From Octopus sinensis (Eukaryota), in assembly GCF_006345805.1 (NCBI RefSeq), contig NC_043009.1, forward strand, positions 27,528,001 to 27,592,000: 64,000 nucleotides of DNA. Reading direction: 5' to 3'. Each line of letters opens with the position of its first letter. Position 1 is the stretch's first letter. Of the stretch, positions 38,671 through 51,413 are shown piece after piece. Position numbers and translations under genes: made by a program. The notes below the pieces were generated by a model. It was not told the origin of the DNA, did no database searches, and was given only the letters and a program-made list of their open reading frames with translations.

Positions 38671-38814
38671 TCTTTATACACAAACATACACACACACACT
38701 TTATGTGTGTGTGTTTATATATGTTGATTTGGTAATGCAAACAAGAAAACAGAACCCAACTACGAGTATATATCTTTTATTATTAGTGATTTTTACATAC
38801 AGACATATATACAT

Positions 38815-38848
<34 letters not shown>

Positions 38849-38983
38849 TGCTTCCCAACCATATGGTTTCAGGTTCAGTCCCACTGCATGGCACCTTGAG
38901 CAAGTGTCTTTTTTTATAGCCTCAGATCCACAAAAGCTTTGTGGGTGGATTTGGTAGATGGAAACTGAAAGAAACCTGTCTTC

Positions 38984-39020
<37 letters not shown>

Positions 39021-39037
39021 CACACATACATATATGT

Positions 39038-39081
<44 letters not shown>

Positions 39082-39339
39082 ATATATGTATATATGTATG
39101 CATGTATGTATGCATGTATTTATGTATGTATGTATGTATATATTTGTGTATCTGTGTTTGTCCTCCATCACTTGACAACTGATGTCAGTGTGTTTACGAC
39201 CCCATAACTTAGCAGTTCAGCAAAAGAGGCTGCTAGAATATGTGCCAGACTTACAAAGAATAAGTCCTGGGGTTGATTTGTTTGACTCAAAGCAGTACTC
39301 CACCATGGCCACAGTCAAAATGACAGAAAGAAGTAAAAC
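38849..39339 (+). mobile_element. SINE family A with ~150-bp internal microsatellite
   Basis: 5' half to ~38985, then (TA)/(TG)/(TATG) repeats, then the 3' half from ~39145. Confidence 0.85.
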
Positions 39340-39340
39340 A

Positions 39341-39383
<43 letters not shown>

Positions 39384-39728
39384 TGTGTGCATGTGTGTGC
39401 GTGCGTGTCTTGGTGTAAAGTGTATATATCTAACATTTCTCACATGTAGTATGTGTGTGTAAATGTCTGTGCGTACATGTGTGTTTGTTTGTTGTTAAGA
39501 TGTGTAGGGATGCATGGGTGCATGCATATGCATGTGGCTTATGTCTGAGAGCGAGAATGTGTTTTATATTTCTCAGCATATCATACACACAAGCAATACA
39601 TATACACACACATGTATATACACATGCACGCGTGTATATGATAAATAAGTTTAATTATACACATCAAAAAATATATGGTATTTTATACAAAGCTGTTAAG
39701 TAAATTATTTATTTATATATTATATATT

Positions 39729-39782
<54 letters not shown>

Positions 39783-39901
39783 ATATATATATTTATATGT
39801 TATATATATATGTATAACCCATACTAGCATGGAAAGCGGACATTAAACAATGATGATGATAATGATGTATGTATATGTATGTATATATATATATATATGT
39901 A

Positions 39902-39932
<31 letters not shown>

Positions 39933-40744
39933 CATATATATATATATATATATATGTATATGTTTTATATATATGTATATATGTATGTATATGTATGTAT
40001 ATATATGTATATATTTATGTACGTATATATATATATATATTTAGGTATATATATGTATATATATATATATATGTATATATATTGTATATATATATATATG
40101 CATGTATACACACACACATAATTATTTACATATAAGCACATACATATACATGCATGTGTGTATATTATGTACATATTCAGTCATCTATATAAATACTGGC
40201 TTGTATACACACACACATGCACACACGAAATACACATACATGCAAACTCTTTCCAGTGCAGTCATACACACACTCGTATACTGTTACACACACACACACA
40301 CGTTTATGCACACATTTGAAAGGAAGACCTACGGCGCTAGAGCAAGGAGGCAGGGAACATACTGCTGGGTTCCCTGAACTCAGCCAAACATAAACACTTC
40401 CTGCTCTTAGAACTAGTTTGCCCCTTTAACAGAAAATCTTACTACAAGAAGTCTGCAGCCAGTCAAACAGCTGCCAATTCCTAAAGTTCTTTTGGATATT
40501 TTAATCAACACCAAAATCTTCAAAGTTTATAATAGTTTATATTCTCTTGGAGAAGGTTTATCATTTTTTAATGCTTCAGTCTTAAGTTTAGCATATTTTA
40601 TCATATGTTGTTGTGAGTTGGTGGCTAATTTTGCTATAATTAGAATATATATACACCCAATTTCACTTCATTCTGGTGCATGTGTGTGTGTGTGTGTGTG
40701 TGTGTGAGTGTGTATGCTCATCTGTATGTATGTGTCTGTCAGTA

Positions 40745-40783
40745 AATATATCATCACCACCACCATCATTATCATCATCATCA

Positions 40784-40822
<39 letters not shown>

Positions 40823-41160
40823 TCATCATCATCGTCATCATCATCATCGTCATCATCATCATTGTCATCATCATCATCATCACTACCATCATCATCACCA
40901 CCACCATCATCACCACCATTATCATCACCCTCACCATCACAACCACCACCACCACCACCATCGTCATCATCGTCATGATCGTCATCATCGTCATCATTGT
41001 CATCATCGTCGTCATCATCATCATCATCGATCATCCATGCTCCATATTAGCAAGGATTGGTCAATTTTGACAGGATCTGACAATTCTGAAGGTTGCATTT
41101 TGCTCCAGTGTCTAATCTAGCATAGTTTCTATGGATGGATGCCCTTCCTAATACCAATCA
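40745..41160 (-). repeat. (CAT/CGT)n tract (40745-41030) continuous with a minus-strand RTE-type tail
   Basis: GATGCCCTTCCTAATACCAATCAC at ~41138-41161 is the reverse complement of the RTE tail motif. Confidence 0.8.
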
Positions 41161-41356
41161 CTTTACATCAAGTACTTGATGTTCTTTTTTTCTTTCTCAT
41201 AGTAGCTGCACTAGCAAGGTTGTCATTCAGCCTACAAAATTAAGATAAGACCCCTTTGACTCTCATGTATTATGCAAACCTGAAATATATGTATCAAATG
41301 ATTTCAAGATATCACTTTCTGGTTTGACTTCATTATTAAGCTTCATTAATTCAACT

Positions 41357-41395
<39 letters not shown>

Positions 41396-41401
<6 letters not shown>

Positions 41402-41514
41402 CTCAGTGAAGGAAAAGAGTTGTTGTTTTATGTTTTGAGCACAGCTCTTCGTTGGAAACAGAAGAAAAGTCCAAAGGAAAAGAAGGAAGGAGGAGAAAAG
41501 TCACCAACGGTTAC
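41396..41514 (-). mobile_element. Hammerhead-related repeat, degenerate (motif at 41425-41459)
   Basis: GUUU-CCAACGA-A-GAGC(UGU)GCUC-AAA-ACAU-A-AAAC: stems intact, core changes consistent with CpG decay. Follows (TA)n. Confidence 0.65.
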
Positions 41515-41700
41515 ATATATACATGTAACTCACAATAGATGTTTCCAGTGCCCTTTCTTTCGTTTGTCTGCTCCCTCATACATACATGCATGCATACATA
41601 CATACATACATACATACTTACATACATACATACATATATATATTATCCAACCCATGCTAGCATGGAAAACGGACGTTAAACGATGATGATGATGCTGATG

Positions 41701-41742
<42 letters not shown>

Positions 41743-41787
41743 ATGTATGTATGTATGTATTTATGTATGTATGTTATATATATATAT

Positions 41788-41977
41788 AGGGAGAGTTTAC
41801 GAAAAAAATAAAGGACGAAGTCAGGTAGTGTACAAAACAAACAGATGTATTAGTATAACGCTCCGGAATAGAAAAAGTCTTTTACGTTTCGAGCCTACGC
41901 TCTTCTACAGAAAGGGACACAGAAAAAACAAGGAGAGAAACAAGGAGAGAAAAAAATGCGTGTAGTGGATAACGACG
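41788..41977 (-). mobile_element. Hammerhead-bearing repeat, different subfamily (motif at 41879-41914)
   Basis: CUUU-CUGUAGA-A-GAGC(GUAG)GCUC-GAA-ACGU-A-AAAG: perfect stems I and II, variant core. Confidence 0.7.
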
Positions 41978-42444
41978 TATGTATGTATGTATGTATGTAT
42001 GTATGTATTGAAAGATAAGGAAATAATTTTATTTTCAAATGCAGGATAATGCTAATATAACATGGACAGGATAAACTACCCATATTTTGCAGAAAAATGT
42101 ATGTATATGTGTGTGTGTGTGTGTGTGGTGTGTGTTTGTGTGTGTGTGTGTGTTTGTGTGTTTGTGCATGTGTGTGAGTATACAGTACAGCTCTCCCTTT
42201 GTGTTATCAGTAACCACCAGACTATGGAACATGGATCATGGAACATGGATCATGGAACATGTCAATGATCATTTCCAAGTTGATGGGTGCTAAGAATAAT
42301 CCTTTGTTCTTGTCTGAAGACTTTTCTGTTGTTGATTCACTAAGGAGAAGACATCGGTGATTCCAGCATCTCGACACAAACCCAAACTGCATCTCATTCT
42401 TCTTAGGTAATTCTCTATCAGATTGGTTTTGCTATAACTCGCTT

Positions 42445-42480
<36 letters not shown>

Positions 42481-42594
42481 TGCCCACCACCATCATGTCC
42501 ATTAACATCAGAGCCACAACCATAATCCAATTATGGCTTACCTGGACAAAACTTTCAGGTCACTGACAATAATATTCTTAAGAATAATAAACTT

Positions 42595-42655
<61 letters not shown>

Positions 42656-42830
42656 GTGTGTGTGTGTGTTATGAGCATTTATAGAACACAGTCCTATATA
42701 AACTCAACAATTAAAGATGGAGAAGAGATGTTAAAAGTTTTAAAAATTTATATATATATATATGTACAACACACATACATACATACATAGCTGTAGGCTG
42801 TAATTTGATTTGAAAGTGTTTTCTATAATC

Positions 42831-43250
42831 CTTTACTTGCTTCAGTCATTCTGCTGCTGCCCTCCTGGGGTACCACTTTGATGTTTTTAAGTTTTTTTTA
42901 AGCCTAGTAATATTCTATCAAGCTCCTTTGCTGAACCACTAAGCTACAGGAGTTTAAACGAACCAACACAGTTGTCAAAGTGATGGTAGGAGACAAACAC
43001 ATATACAAAGACATATACATATACATACACACAAACACACAGGCAAACTCACACACACACACCACACACACACACGCACTTATGTGTATGTATGTATGAC
43101 AGGCTTCTTTCAGTTTCCATCTACCAAATCCACTCATAAGGCTTTGTTTGGCCCAAGTCTGTAGTGGAATATACTTGTCCAATGTGCCACACAGTGGGAC
43201 TGAACTTGGAACCATTTGGTTAAGCAGCAAAATTCTTACCAAACTGCCAT
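42831..43250 (-). mobile_element. SINE family A, near full length
   Basis: Reverse-complement head, (CA)n linker at ~43010-43095, and tail are all present. Confidence 0.8.
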
Positions 43251-43664
43251 AATTTAATATAATATCCTATATTATTCTTACCTTGAAAACTTAAATTATA
43301 AAATGGCAAGTTGCCTTAATTAAAACTAAAATATGATACTATCTGGCCCTGAATATAATTATAATCCTCTCCTTGCAGCCGAATCTAGCAACACTGTTGT
43401 TAAGGTGGAGTGACACTGACAACGAACTGGAACGCAAATTAATTAATGGGTCGGTTTTTTTTATTTTTTCAAAAGAAGAATGAAAAGAAAGAAAGAAATG
43501 GCATTTTAAAAATAAAATAACAGCTGGGTGGGTTTTCACTTTCACATACATATACAAATACACACAATCACACACACACACACACACACACAACACATTC
43601 ACACACACTCACACACACATGTATATATACATATATATATGTATATAAGTGTATATATATGTAT

Positions 43665-43706
<42 letters not shown>

Positions 43707-43791
43707 GGATATATATACATATAAATGCATATACACATATACATATATAGATTCATACATATATAGATACATATGTATAGGTATCTATCTA

Positions 43792-43839
<48 letters not shown>

Positions 43840-44307
43840 TATATGTATGTATGCATGTATTACAGCTGTGTTTTTGTAATGAATATATAAAATAAACAAC
43901 TTTGATAAAAAAACATATCAGTTTTACTTCTTTCTTCATCTCTAAGATCAGGTAAACAGTACATTTAGCAGTTGATTTAGAGAAGATCAGCTTACTAAAA
44001 AGAAATCTCCAAGAATTAGATAACGCAGCAGGCTGAAAAGTTCTGAGAGTTTTCTGCATCGCTTCTTCACAAAATGAGTTTGTTTAATTGACTAATCTAC
44101 GGTTGAATTTTACTCTGAAGAATTTTGGGGTATTTTTTTTTTTGTCCTTCTGAAAAAGTAACTGAGACGAAATGAAATAAATTTTCTCTGATTTTTTTTT
44201 AAAGAACATCTTAAAGGGTAATTTCTCAGCTTCCATTTATCATCTTTTGTTTGAAAGTATACTTCAGTTTTTATTTAATTTATTAAGTGTTACCTATTCT
44301 ATGTTGG

Positions 44308-44380
<73 letters not shown>

Positions 44381-44393
44381 TGAGAGAGTAGGT

Positions 44394-44773
44394 GTAGGAG
44401 TGGCTGTGTGGTCAGTAGCTTGCTTACCAACCACATGGTTCTGGGTTCAGTCCCACTGCTTGGTACCTTGGGCAAGTGTCTTCTACTATAGCCTCGGGCC
44501 GACCAAAGCCTTGTGAGTGGATTTGGAAGACGGAAACTGAAAGAAGCTCGTTGTATGTATGTATGTGTATATGTTTGTGTGTCTGTGTTTGTCCCCCCAA
44601 CATTGCTTGACAACCGATGCTAGTGTTTACATCCCTGTAACTTAGCGTTTTGGCAAAAGTATTCCGATAAAATAAGTACTAGGCTTGCAAAGAATAAGTC
44701 ATGGGGTTGATTTGCTCGACTAAAAGCGGTACTCCAGAATGGTCACAGTCACATGACTGAAACAAGTAAAGAG
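44394..44773 (+). mobile_element. Best-preserved SINE family A copy (tRNA head + CORE-like domain + microsatellite + tail)
   Basis: A box TGGCTGTGTGG (44401), B box GGGTTCAGTCCC (44443), ACCTTGGGCAAGTGTC (44465) resembling the CORE domain of MIR-type SINEs, 30-bp linker at 44553-44582. Confidence 0.9.
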
Positions 44774-44805
44774 TAATGTGTGTGTGTGGTATACATATAT
44801 ATATA

Positions 44806-45010
44806 GGCAAAGCAAAAATAAATATAAACAGAAACAATAAACAGATAATTGGATATACACTGTAAATAAATTAGATTGACACTTAGTGAAAGGTTTATAT
44901 GGTAAAATAGAAGTGATGTTTTGAGCAGAGTTCTTTGTTGGAAAGAGGAAAAAGTCCAGAGAAAAAGAAAAGCAGGAAAGAGCAGACAGTCCAAGAAAAG
45001 CATTAAGTGT
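44806..45010 (-). mobile_element. Hammerhead-related repeat, highly degenerate (motif at ~44912-44945)
   Basis: TGTTTTGAGCAGAGTTCTTTGTTGGAAAGAGGAAAAAGTCCA aligns with 41431-41472. Confidence 0.55.
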
Positions 45011-45142
45011 GTGTGTATATATATATATGAGTGGAAACTTGCTATGGGGTTAATGGACAGCAAGAGAAATCCTTAGTGGAAGAACATCCATCAAACAAGA
45101 GTTTCAGCCGCTTAGGAACAAGAATCATGTAATCAATTTCAA

Positions 45143-45223
45143 GGCTTACAGCTGTTTCTGCAATGAGAAGCAGTGCTGTCAGAACTGAGTGCTTGTGTAA
45201 CATCTTATAGCTTCTTCAGAGCC
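45143..45223 (-). ncRNA. Candidate type I hammerhead motif with long stem II insert
   Basis: GGCU-CUGAAGA-A-GCUAU...AUUGC-A-GAA-ACAGCUGU-A-AGCC: stem I GGCU/AGCC perfect, palindromic ACAGCUGU stem III, imperfect stem II closure. Confidence 0.5.
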
Positions 45224-45489
45224 AGTCATTAACAGTCATTCATTAATTAATATTATGCTCTGTACTTGTGTAACGTGGCCTGTTACTGTAAGGCTGGAGG
45301 GACCGGATGACATTATTCGTACCTATACCTATGCCTAAGTTAACACCTCTCTCACTGTCTCTGTGATTCTTTCTCTGACACTTGTGTATGTAGTGTTTAT
45401 TTATTCATTGCCTGTCACCAAGCTAAGTATGTGCAGTCATTCCATGCGTTGTCTCTTCTCTCTGTACAATGTAAAGCATGACTGGAGAA

Positions 45490-45657
45490 ATCAACCAACC
45501 AGCCAGCCAGCCAGCCAGCCGACCAACCAGCCGACCAACCAGCCAACCAACCAACCAACCAACCAATCAACCATCCAGCCAACCAGCCATGCAGTCAAAC
45601 AACATTTATATCAGTTAGCTATTATACAATGACGATGACGATGATGATGATGACGAA

Positions 45658-45717
<60 letters not shown>

Positions 45718-46270
45718 GATGACGGGAACACTGATGATTATGATGATGATGATGATGATGATAACGATGATGAAGACAATGATGATTTATCTTCATCATA
45801 ATGTGTTTATATGTATTAGTGTGTGTGTGTGTATGTGTCTTTGTGCCTCTGTTTGTGTGTGTGTGAGAGTATGCACGTGTGTGTATTTGTGCCTCTGTAT
45901 GTGTGTATGTGTATCTTTGTGCCTGTGTGTGTGTATGTGTGTGTATAAGAGTGTGTTTGTGCCTCTCTGTGTGTGTAAGAGAGTGTGTATACATGTGTGT
46001 GTGTATGTGTGACGTACCTCTGTGTGTGTGTGAGTGTGAATGTGTGTGTGTATGTGTGTTTTTGTGCCTCTGTCTGTCTGTATGTGTCTTTAAACCTCTG
46101 TGTGTGCGTGTGTGTGTATGTGTGAGAGAGCGAGAGAGTGTGTGTATGTGTGTCTTTGTGCCTCTGTGTGTGTGTGAGAGTGTGTATGCAAGTGTGTGCG
46201 TATGTGTGTATGTGTGTGAGTGTGTGTGTGTATCTCTGTGCCTTTCTGTATGTGCGTACGTGTACAAGGG
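45490..46270. repeat. Adjacent (CAAC/CAGC)n, (GAT)n and GT-rich degenerate repeats
   Basis: Directly visible. Source of the 252-aa and 162-aa HT-rich pseudo-ORFs. Confidence 0.9.
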
Positions 46271-46542
46271 AAGTATGTGAACATTTATATGTATGAACCA
46301 GCATTCTTTCAGTAACAAACAGTGATGTATGTCACATCTTAAAAGACAACCACTTGATAACATTGACAAGTGTATTAATTCGAATTACCATCCATATTCT
46401 ATCTCTTGTCCTTATTTATATATAAAATACTACAATTAGCCGTCATTTTTGATGGCACGGAGCCAGCTAATATTATAATAACACCTTGGCTGGGTTACTT
46501 TCTTGGTTTCAAAATACATATATGGTTGACCAGGGGGTAATA

Positions 46543-46740
46543 TTGCTTTCAAATTTTAGCACAAAGCCAGCAGTTTCAGAGGAGAGAGTAAGTCAATCAC
46601 ATTGACCCCAGGGATTAACCGGTACTTGTTTCATTGACGGTGAAGGGACGAAAGTGGATTTGAATCCAGAAGATGAAGATAAATGAAATGCACCTAACCA
46701 TTTTGTCTGGCATGCTAATGATTCTGCCAGTGTGCCACTT
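46543..46740 (-). mobile_element. SINE family B, degenerate
   Basis: Reverse complement GTGGCACACTGGCAGAATCATTAGCATGCCAGAC...GGCTTTGTGCTAAAATTTGAAAGC. Confidence 0.7.
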
Positions 46741-47392
46741 TACCATGGGGTAATATTACATTACCTGGAAACAGGTGCTGGTTAGCAACAGGAAAGGCAT
46801 CCAGTTGTAGAAAATCTACCTCAACAAATTCCATCTGAACCATGGAAGCATGGAGAAGTGGATGATAAAACAATGATGATGTTATTCATTTACAGACTTT
46901 AGATTTTAAATACTCTCTAGTGGGAATTTTTGCCTACTAATTGCTGGGATTATCACAGGTAATCGATATTTTCCAATATACTAAATTAACATATGTGGCA
47001 ACTCACCACCACCACCACCACCACCATCACTAAATCATTCCCCGTGTCAACATATTAAACATTGGAATCTTTATAGTCAATATCATTACTATTCTCAGAC
47101 ATTCAGAATTCTTCAGTTCAGAGATCAGGTAGTTAAAAAAAAAAAGAGAGAAAATCAAGTGTGTGACTTGATTTTTATTAAGAACGACATAAAAATCCAC
47201 ATTTTCTTTCCTTCCACTCTTATATATAAGCATCTTATTGGATTTATCAATGCTAACTGCTGTCCTTTCCTTCTTGGTGTTGCATAAAAGTTACATACTC
47301 ATTGCCCTCACCCGTTTGATATGTGATCAGTCACTACAATAACAGCCAGATATAAACACAGAGCTGTCTTTACAGAAAATACTCATGTAATG

Positions 47393-47423
<31 letters not shown>

Positions 47424-47774
47424 TGTATGTATGTATGTATGTATGTATGTATGTATGTACGTATGTATGTATGTATGTACGTATGTATGTATGTATGTAT
47501 GTATGTAGTTATGTCTATGTGTATATATGCATGCACATATGTCTATGTGTGTCTACATGTATAAATATATGTAAGTCTATGTGTGTGTTTGTGTGTGTCA
47601 CTTTGTGCACGGATGGATGGAGGTATAAAATTATGTGTACACATTTGTATGTGCGCATATCTGTGTGTGTGTATGTAAGTATCATGTATGTATTCATATA
47701 TGTATGTTTGTATCTACATATATGCATATATCTACATATATCTATGCATGGGTATGTATAATGAACGTATGTAT

Positions 47775-47820
<46 letters not shown>

Positions 47821-48616
47821 ATATATATACATATATATGTGTGTGTGTCTGTGTGTGTATGTATGACTGTATATGTGTATCTATGTGTGCATGTATGTGT
47901 ATGCCGCTGTTGAATATAAAGGTGTATCTTATCTTTTCCTCTGTTTCACATTCACCTATTAGCTTAGCAATGCTTAACAGCCTCAGAGAATTCCAGTTAT
48001 GCTAAACAGTCATGGTCAAACCATTTTCTCTTCCTTCTTTCCTTCCTTTCTTCCCTTCTTTCTATCTTTACTTCTATAATATTCACTTATTTGTATTTAA
48101 TATTTATTATAATTTTTATTTTATTTTTTTTTTTCATTGTATATGACCAACTAACAACACTTATAAAAACTGAAAGAAAAGTTCGATAAAGTATACCATA
48201 AAACGCTTCTTCTTGAACGTGGAGACGTCTTTGGTTAAAAGTAGGAAATATGTAGGAAGTTAATAACACTTACCAGTCTCTGTATTTCAGTTCCTATTAT
48301 AATATATATATTGGATAATGGTTCACCGAAAACTATGGAGAACTCTTTAAATAGAAATAGATGGTTTTTCTTCAATGCCTTTGATGATTTTTGTTGCTGT
48401 TGCTGTTGTTGTTGTTGTTGGTAGTAGTGGTGGTGGTGTTTAATATGGTAATATGAGGGGGACGGTGGGAGGAGGTAAAGATCAATGGGGTCCAATGTTG
48501 TCTGACAAGTATTGGCTACCATTAAAAATAAACAAAATTCTTTCAACTCTTGCAGAAAAGATATTTAATTATTCTTTCAACTTTGAAATAAATAACTTGC
48601 CACTTTCTTGATCTCT

Positions 48617-49172
48617 AGCATGGCTGCATGGTTAAGAAGCTTGTTTGATGACTACGTGGCTTCAGGTTCAGTCCCACCGGGCTGCACCTTGGGCAAGGGT
48701 CTTTTACTATAGTCCCAGTCCAACCAAACTCCTGGGAATGGATTTGGTAGAAGGAAACTGAAAAGAACCTATCACTTATACAAACAAACATACATAAGTG
48801 CAGGTCTGGTTCCAGGTTCAGTCCCACTGTGTAGCAACTTGGGCAAGTGTCTTCTACTATAGCCTTGGGCTGACTTAAGCCTTGTGAGTGGATTTGGTAG
48901 ATAGAAACTGAAAGAAGCCCACCCATCGTATATATATATATATGTGGGTGGGTGTGTGGGTGTTTATGTGACTTTGTTTGTCCCTCCACCATCACTTGAC
49001 AACTGATGTTGGTGTGTTTATGTCCCTGTAACTTAGCAATTTGGCAAAAGAGACCAATGGCATAAGTACTAGGCTTACAGAGAATAAGCTCTGAGGGTTG
49101 ATTTGTCTGACTAGGTGGTTCTCCAGCATGGTCGCAGTCAAATGAATGAAACAAGTAACAGAGTAAAAGAGT
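48617..49172 (+). mobile_element. SINE family A with a duplicated 5' half (48617-48772 and 48807 onward)
   Basis: Two consecutive GGTTCAGTCCCAC...TTGGGCAAG...GGATTTGGTAG...GAAACTGAAA blocks, then linker and tail. Confidence 0.85.
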
Positions 49173-50624
49173 ACATGCATCTATACATACATAATGGCTG
49201 TTCACTTGTGACTGAGGAAGACTGTCACTGACCATTTAGGGCATTGTGCACCCGCAACAAAACTATACATTGCATCTGTGGCTCTGCTGTTGCCTGTCGA
49301 GCCCAACTCTTAATAAGCATACACATCCGTGCAACTTGTGGACCAAGCTTCCGCCATTCACTACACAGATGGTGCAGTTGTGAGCAGATCATTTCAATGA
49401 AACAAGGAAGGAGCAAATATTTTGGAAAAACATCTATATCTATCTATCTATCTATATATATATTTATATCTATATATATATAATAATGATAATAATAATA
49501 ATAATATATATAATTATTGAATTGCTACATGGTGGTTCTTCTCTAATTTATATACATGTATATATATATACACACACACACATAGTGGGACTGAACCCAG
49601 AACCACGTGGTTAGGAAGGAAACTTCTTATCACCCAGGGAAAGATACAGGTATTAACATTTGAAGAATTGTAAGAATATCTGCAATGCCTATCAGTTTAC
49701 CAAATACCAAAATAGTTTTAAAATAGCAAACTAGTTACACCAACTTTTAAACCTGGCTGCTTTAGTTACTAAGAATCGTACATGCACACATACATTCTGT
49801 ATGTGTCACAGAATGTTTGTGTGCATGTATGATTTTTGAAATTAGTTATAAATACTTTTACCTGCAGTAAAAGGAAGAAAAGATCACACACATAAAAAAC
49901 CATTTGCATTTTGGAGCTTTTGGAAGTGATAGGTATATTTTTCTTATGAGTTCTTCAGTTTCCAAAAATTTGGAGAACATTATTTTACTTTCGATTGGAG
50001 ACTCTAGGAGAGAAAAAAAAGATCAAATTAAGCAACTGTATTTGCAGTCGTTCTATAGTTTATCTTTGAACTTTTCTGTCTATCATAGAAAATAGCATGT
50101 TATACCTTGGCACTGTCTTTGGTTCCAAATTATCGGCTACATGGTGATCAGTAGTCTTCTGTGTAATGTTTAAGAAACGTTGGTGTTAAACATATTAAGT
50201 GGGTGGTTTACATCTGAACTAATCTGGTGGCAAATGTGTGACTCAATATTGATTGGTTAAATCATATATGAATATAGAAATGGTTATAACATTTACATAT
50301 ATACATCAGTATCATTGTGTGAGTGTGTGTGAGTTCGGATGTGTGTGTGTATGTGTATTTTGTGTGTTATTTTCATCTCATCTTCTTTCTTTTAACGTCT
50401 GTTTTTCCATGCTTGCATGGGTCTGATGAAATTTGTTAAAGCAGTTTTTCATTGGCCACATGCCCTTCCTGTTCCAACACACCTTACATGATTCCAAATA
50501 AGGAAATATTACCACATGGCCAATCAGTTACAACCACCACATGATGTCAAGACAAGGCGGGGGGGGGGGCCCGTCCCCCAACACATATGTACTTACACAC
50601 GCACAAACATTCATACACAGCAAA

Positions 50625-50770
50625 TTTCTTTCTGTTTCTGTTTTGCAGATCCATTCACGAGGCTTTGATTGGCCCAGGGCTAAAGTAGAAGATATTTGCC
50701 CAAGGGTACCCCACAATGAAACTGAAACTGAAACAATTTCATTGAAAAACAGACTTCTTAACCACAGCAC
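50625..50770 (-). mobile_element. SINE family A, 5' half
   Basis: Reverse complement GGTACCCTTGGGCAAATATCTTCTACTTTAGCCCTGGGCCAATCAAAGCCTCGTGAATGG. Confidence 0.7.
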
Positions 50771-51094
50771 CAATCCTGTACACTAATATATCTCAGTGAA
50801 CAACTTTCAGCCAGAACATCATTAACCTTAACTGGATGTAAATGTGACTAAAGTAGAATTTAAACACAGAACTGGAGACCATAAAACTCTTCATCATTTG
50901 ATGCTGTAATATATCGTCAAGTGATGTCTAATCTGTGAGACAGAGGTCAGTAAATATATATGATACATTATGGCCATAGTCTTCTAGCAATATCATACAA
51001 ATAGCTCCATACTAATTTTATATGAAGCAGATGATACAGTTTCAATACAAAGATATGTAAATACGTACATGATAAAATGTTCAGATGGTAAAAC

Positions 51095-51220
51095 CATTAG
51101 CATGCCAGGCAAATGGCTTGGTGACATTTTGCTTGTCTTTTCGTTCTGAGTTCAAATGCTTCAGGATCAACTCAGCCTTTCATCTTTTGTGGGGTTGATG
51201 AAATAAGTGCTAACTGACCA
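51095..51220 (+). mobile_element. SINE family B fragment
   Basis: GTTCTGAGTTCAAATG...CTCAGCCTTTCATCTTTTGTGGGGTTGATGAAATAAGT. Confidence 0.7.
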
Positions 51221-51227
51221 CTGTATA

Positions 51228-51286
<59 letters not shown>

Positions 51287-51301
51287 TATATAATAATAAT
51301 A

Positions 51302-51332
<31 letters not shown>

Positions 51333-51369
51333 TACATACATATATATAAATGTATATATATATATGTAA

Positions 51370-51413
<44 letters not shown>

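Noticed and set aside
44394-44460. tRNA-like heads of SINEs as real tRNA genes (also 9627, 59190, 60050)
   Set aside because: They have A and B boxes but no complete cloverleaf, and each continues into a SINE body.
45611-46369. 252-aa His/Thr-rich ORF and similar HT, YI, CV and LSIY ORFs throughout (e.g. 60556-61335)
   Set aside because: Translations of di- and tetranucleotide repeats.
49190-49430. GC-richer unique patch with Cys-rich short ORFs
   Set aside because: No frame gives a recognisable domain; probably an unclassified repeat fragment.
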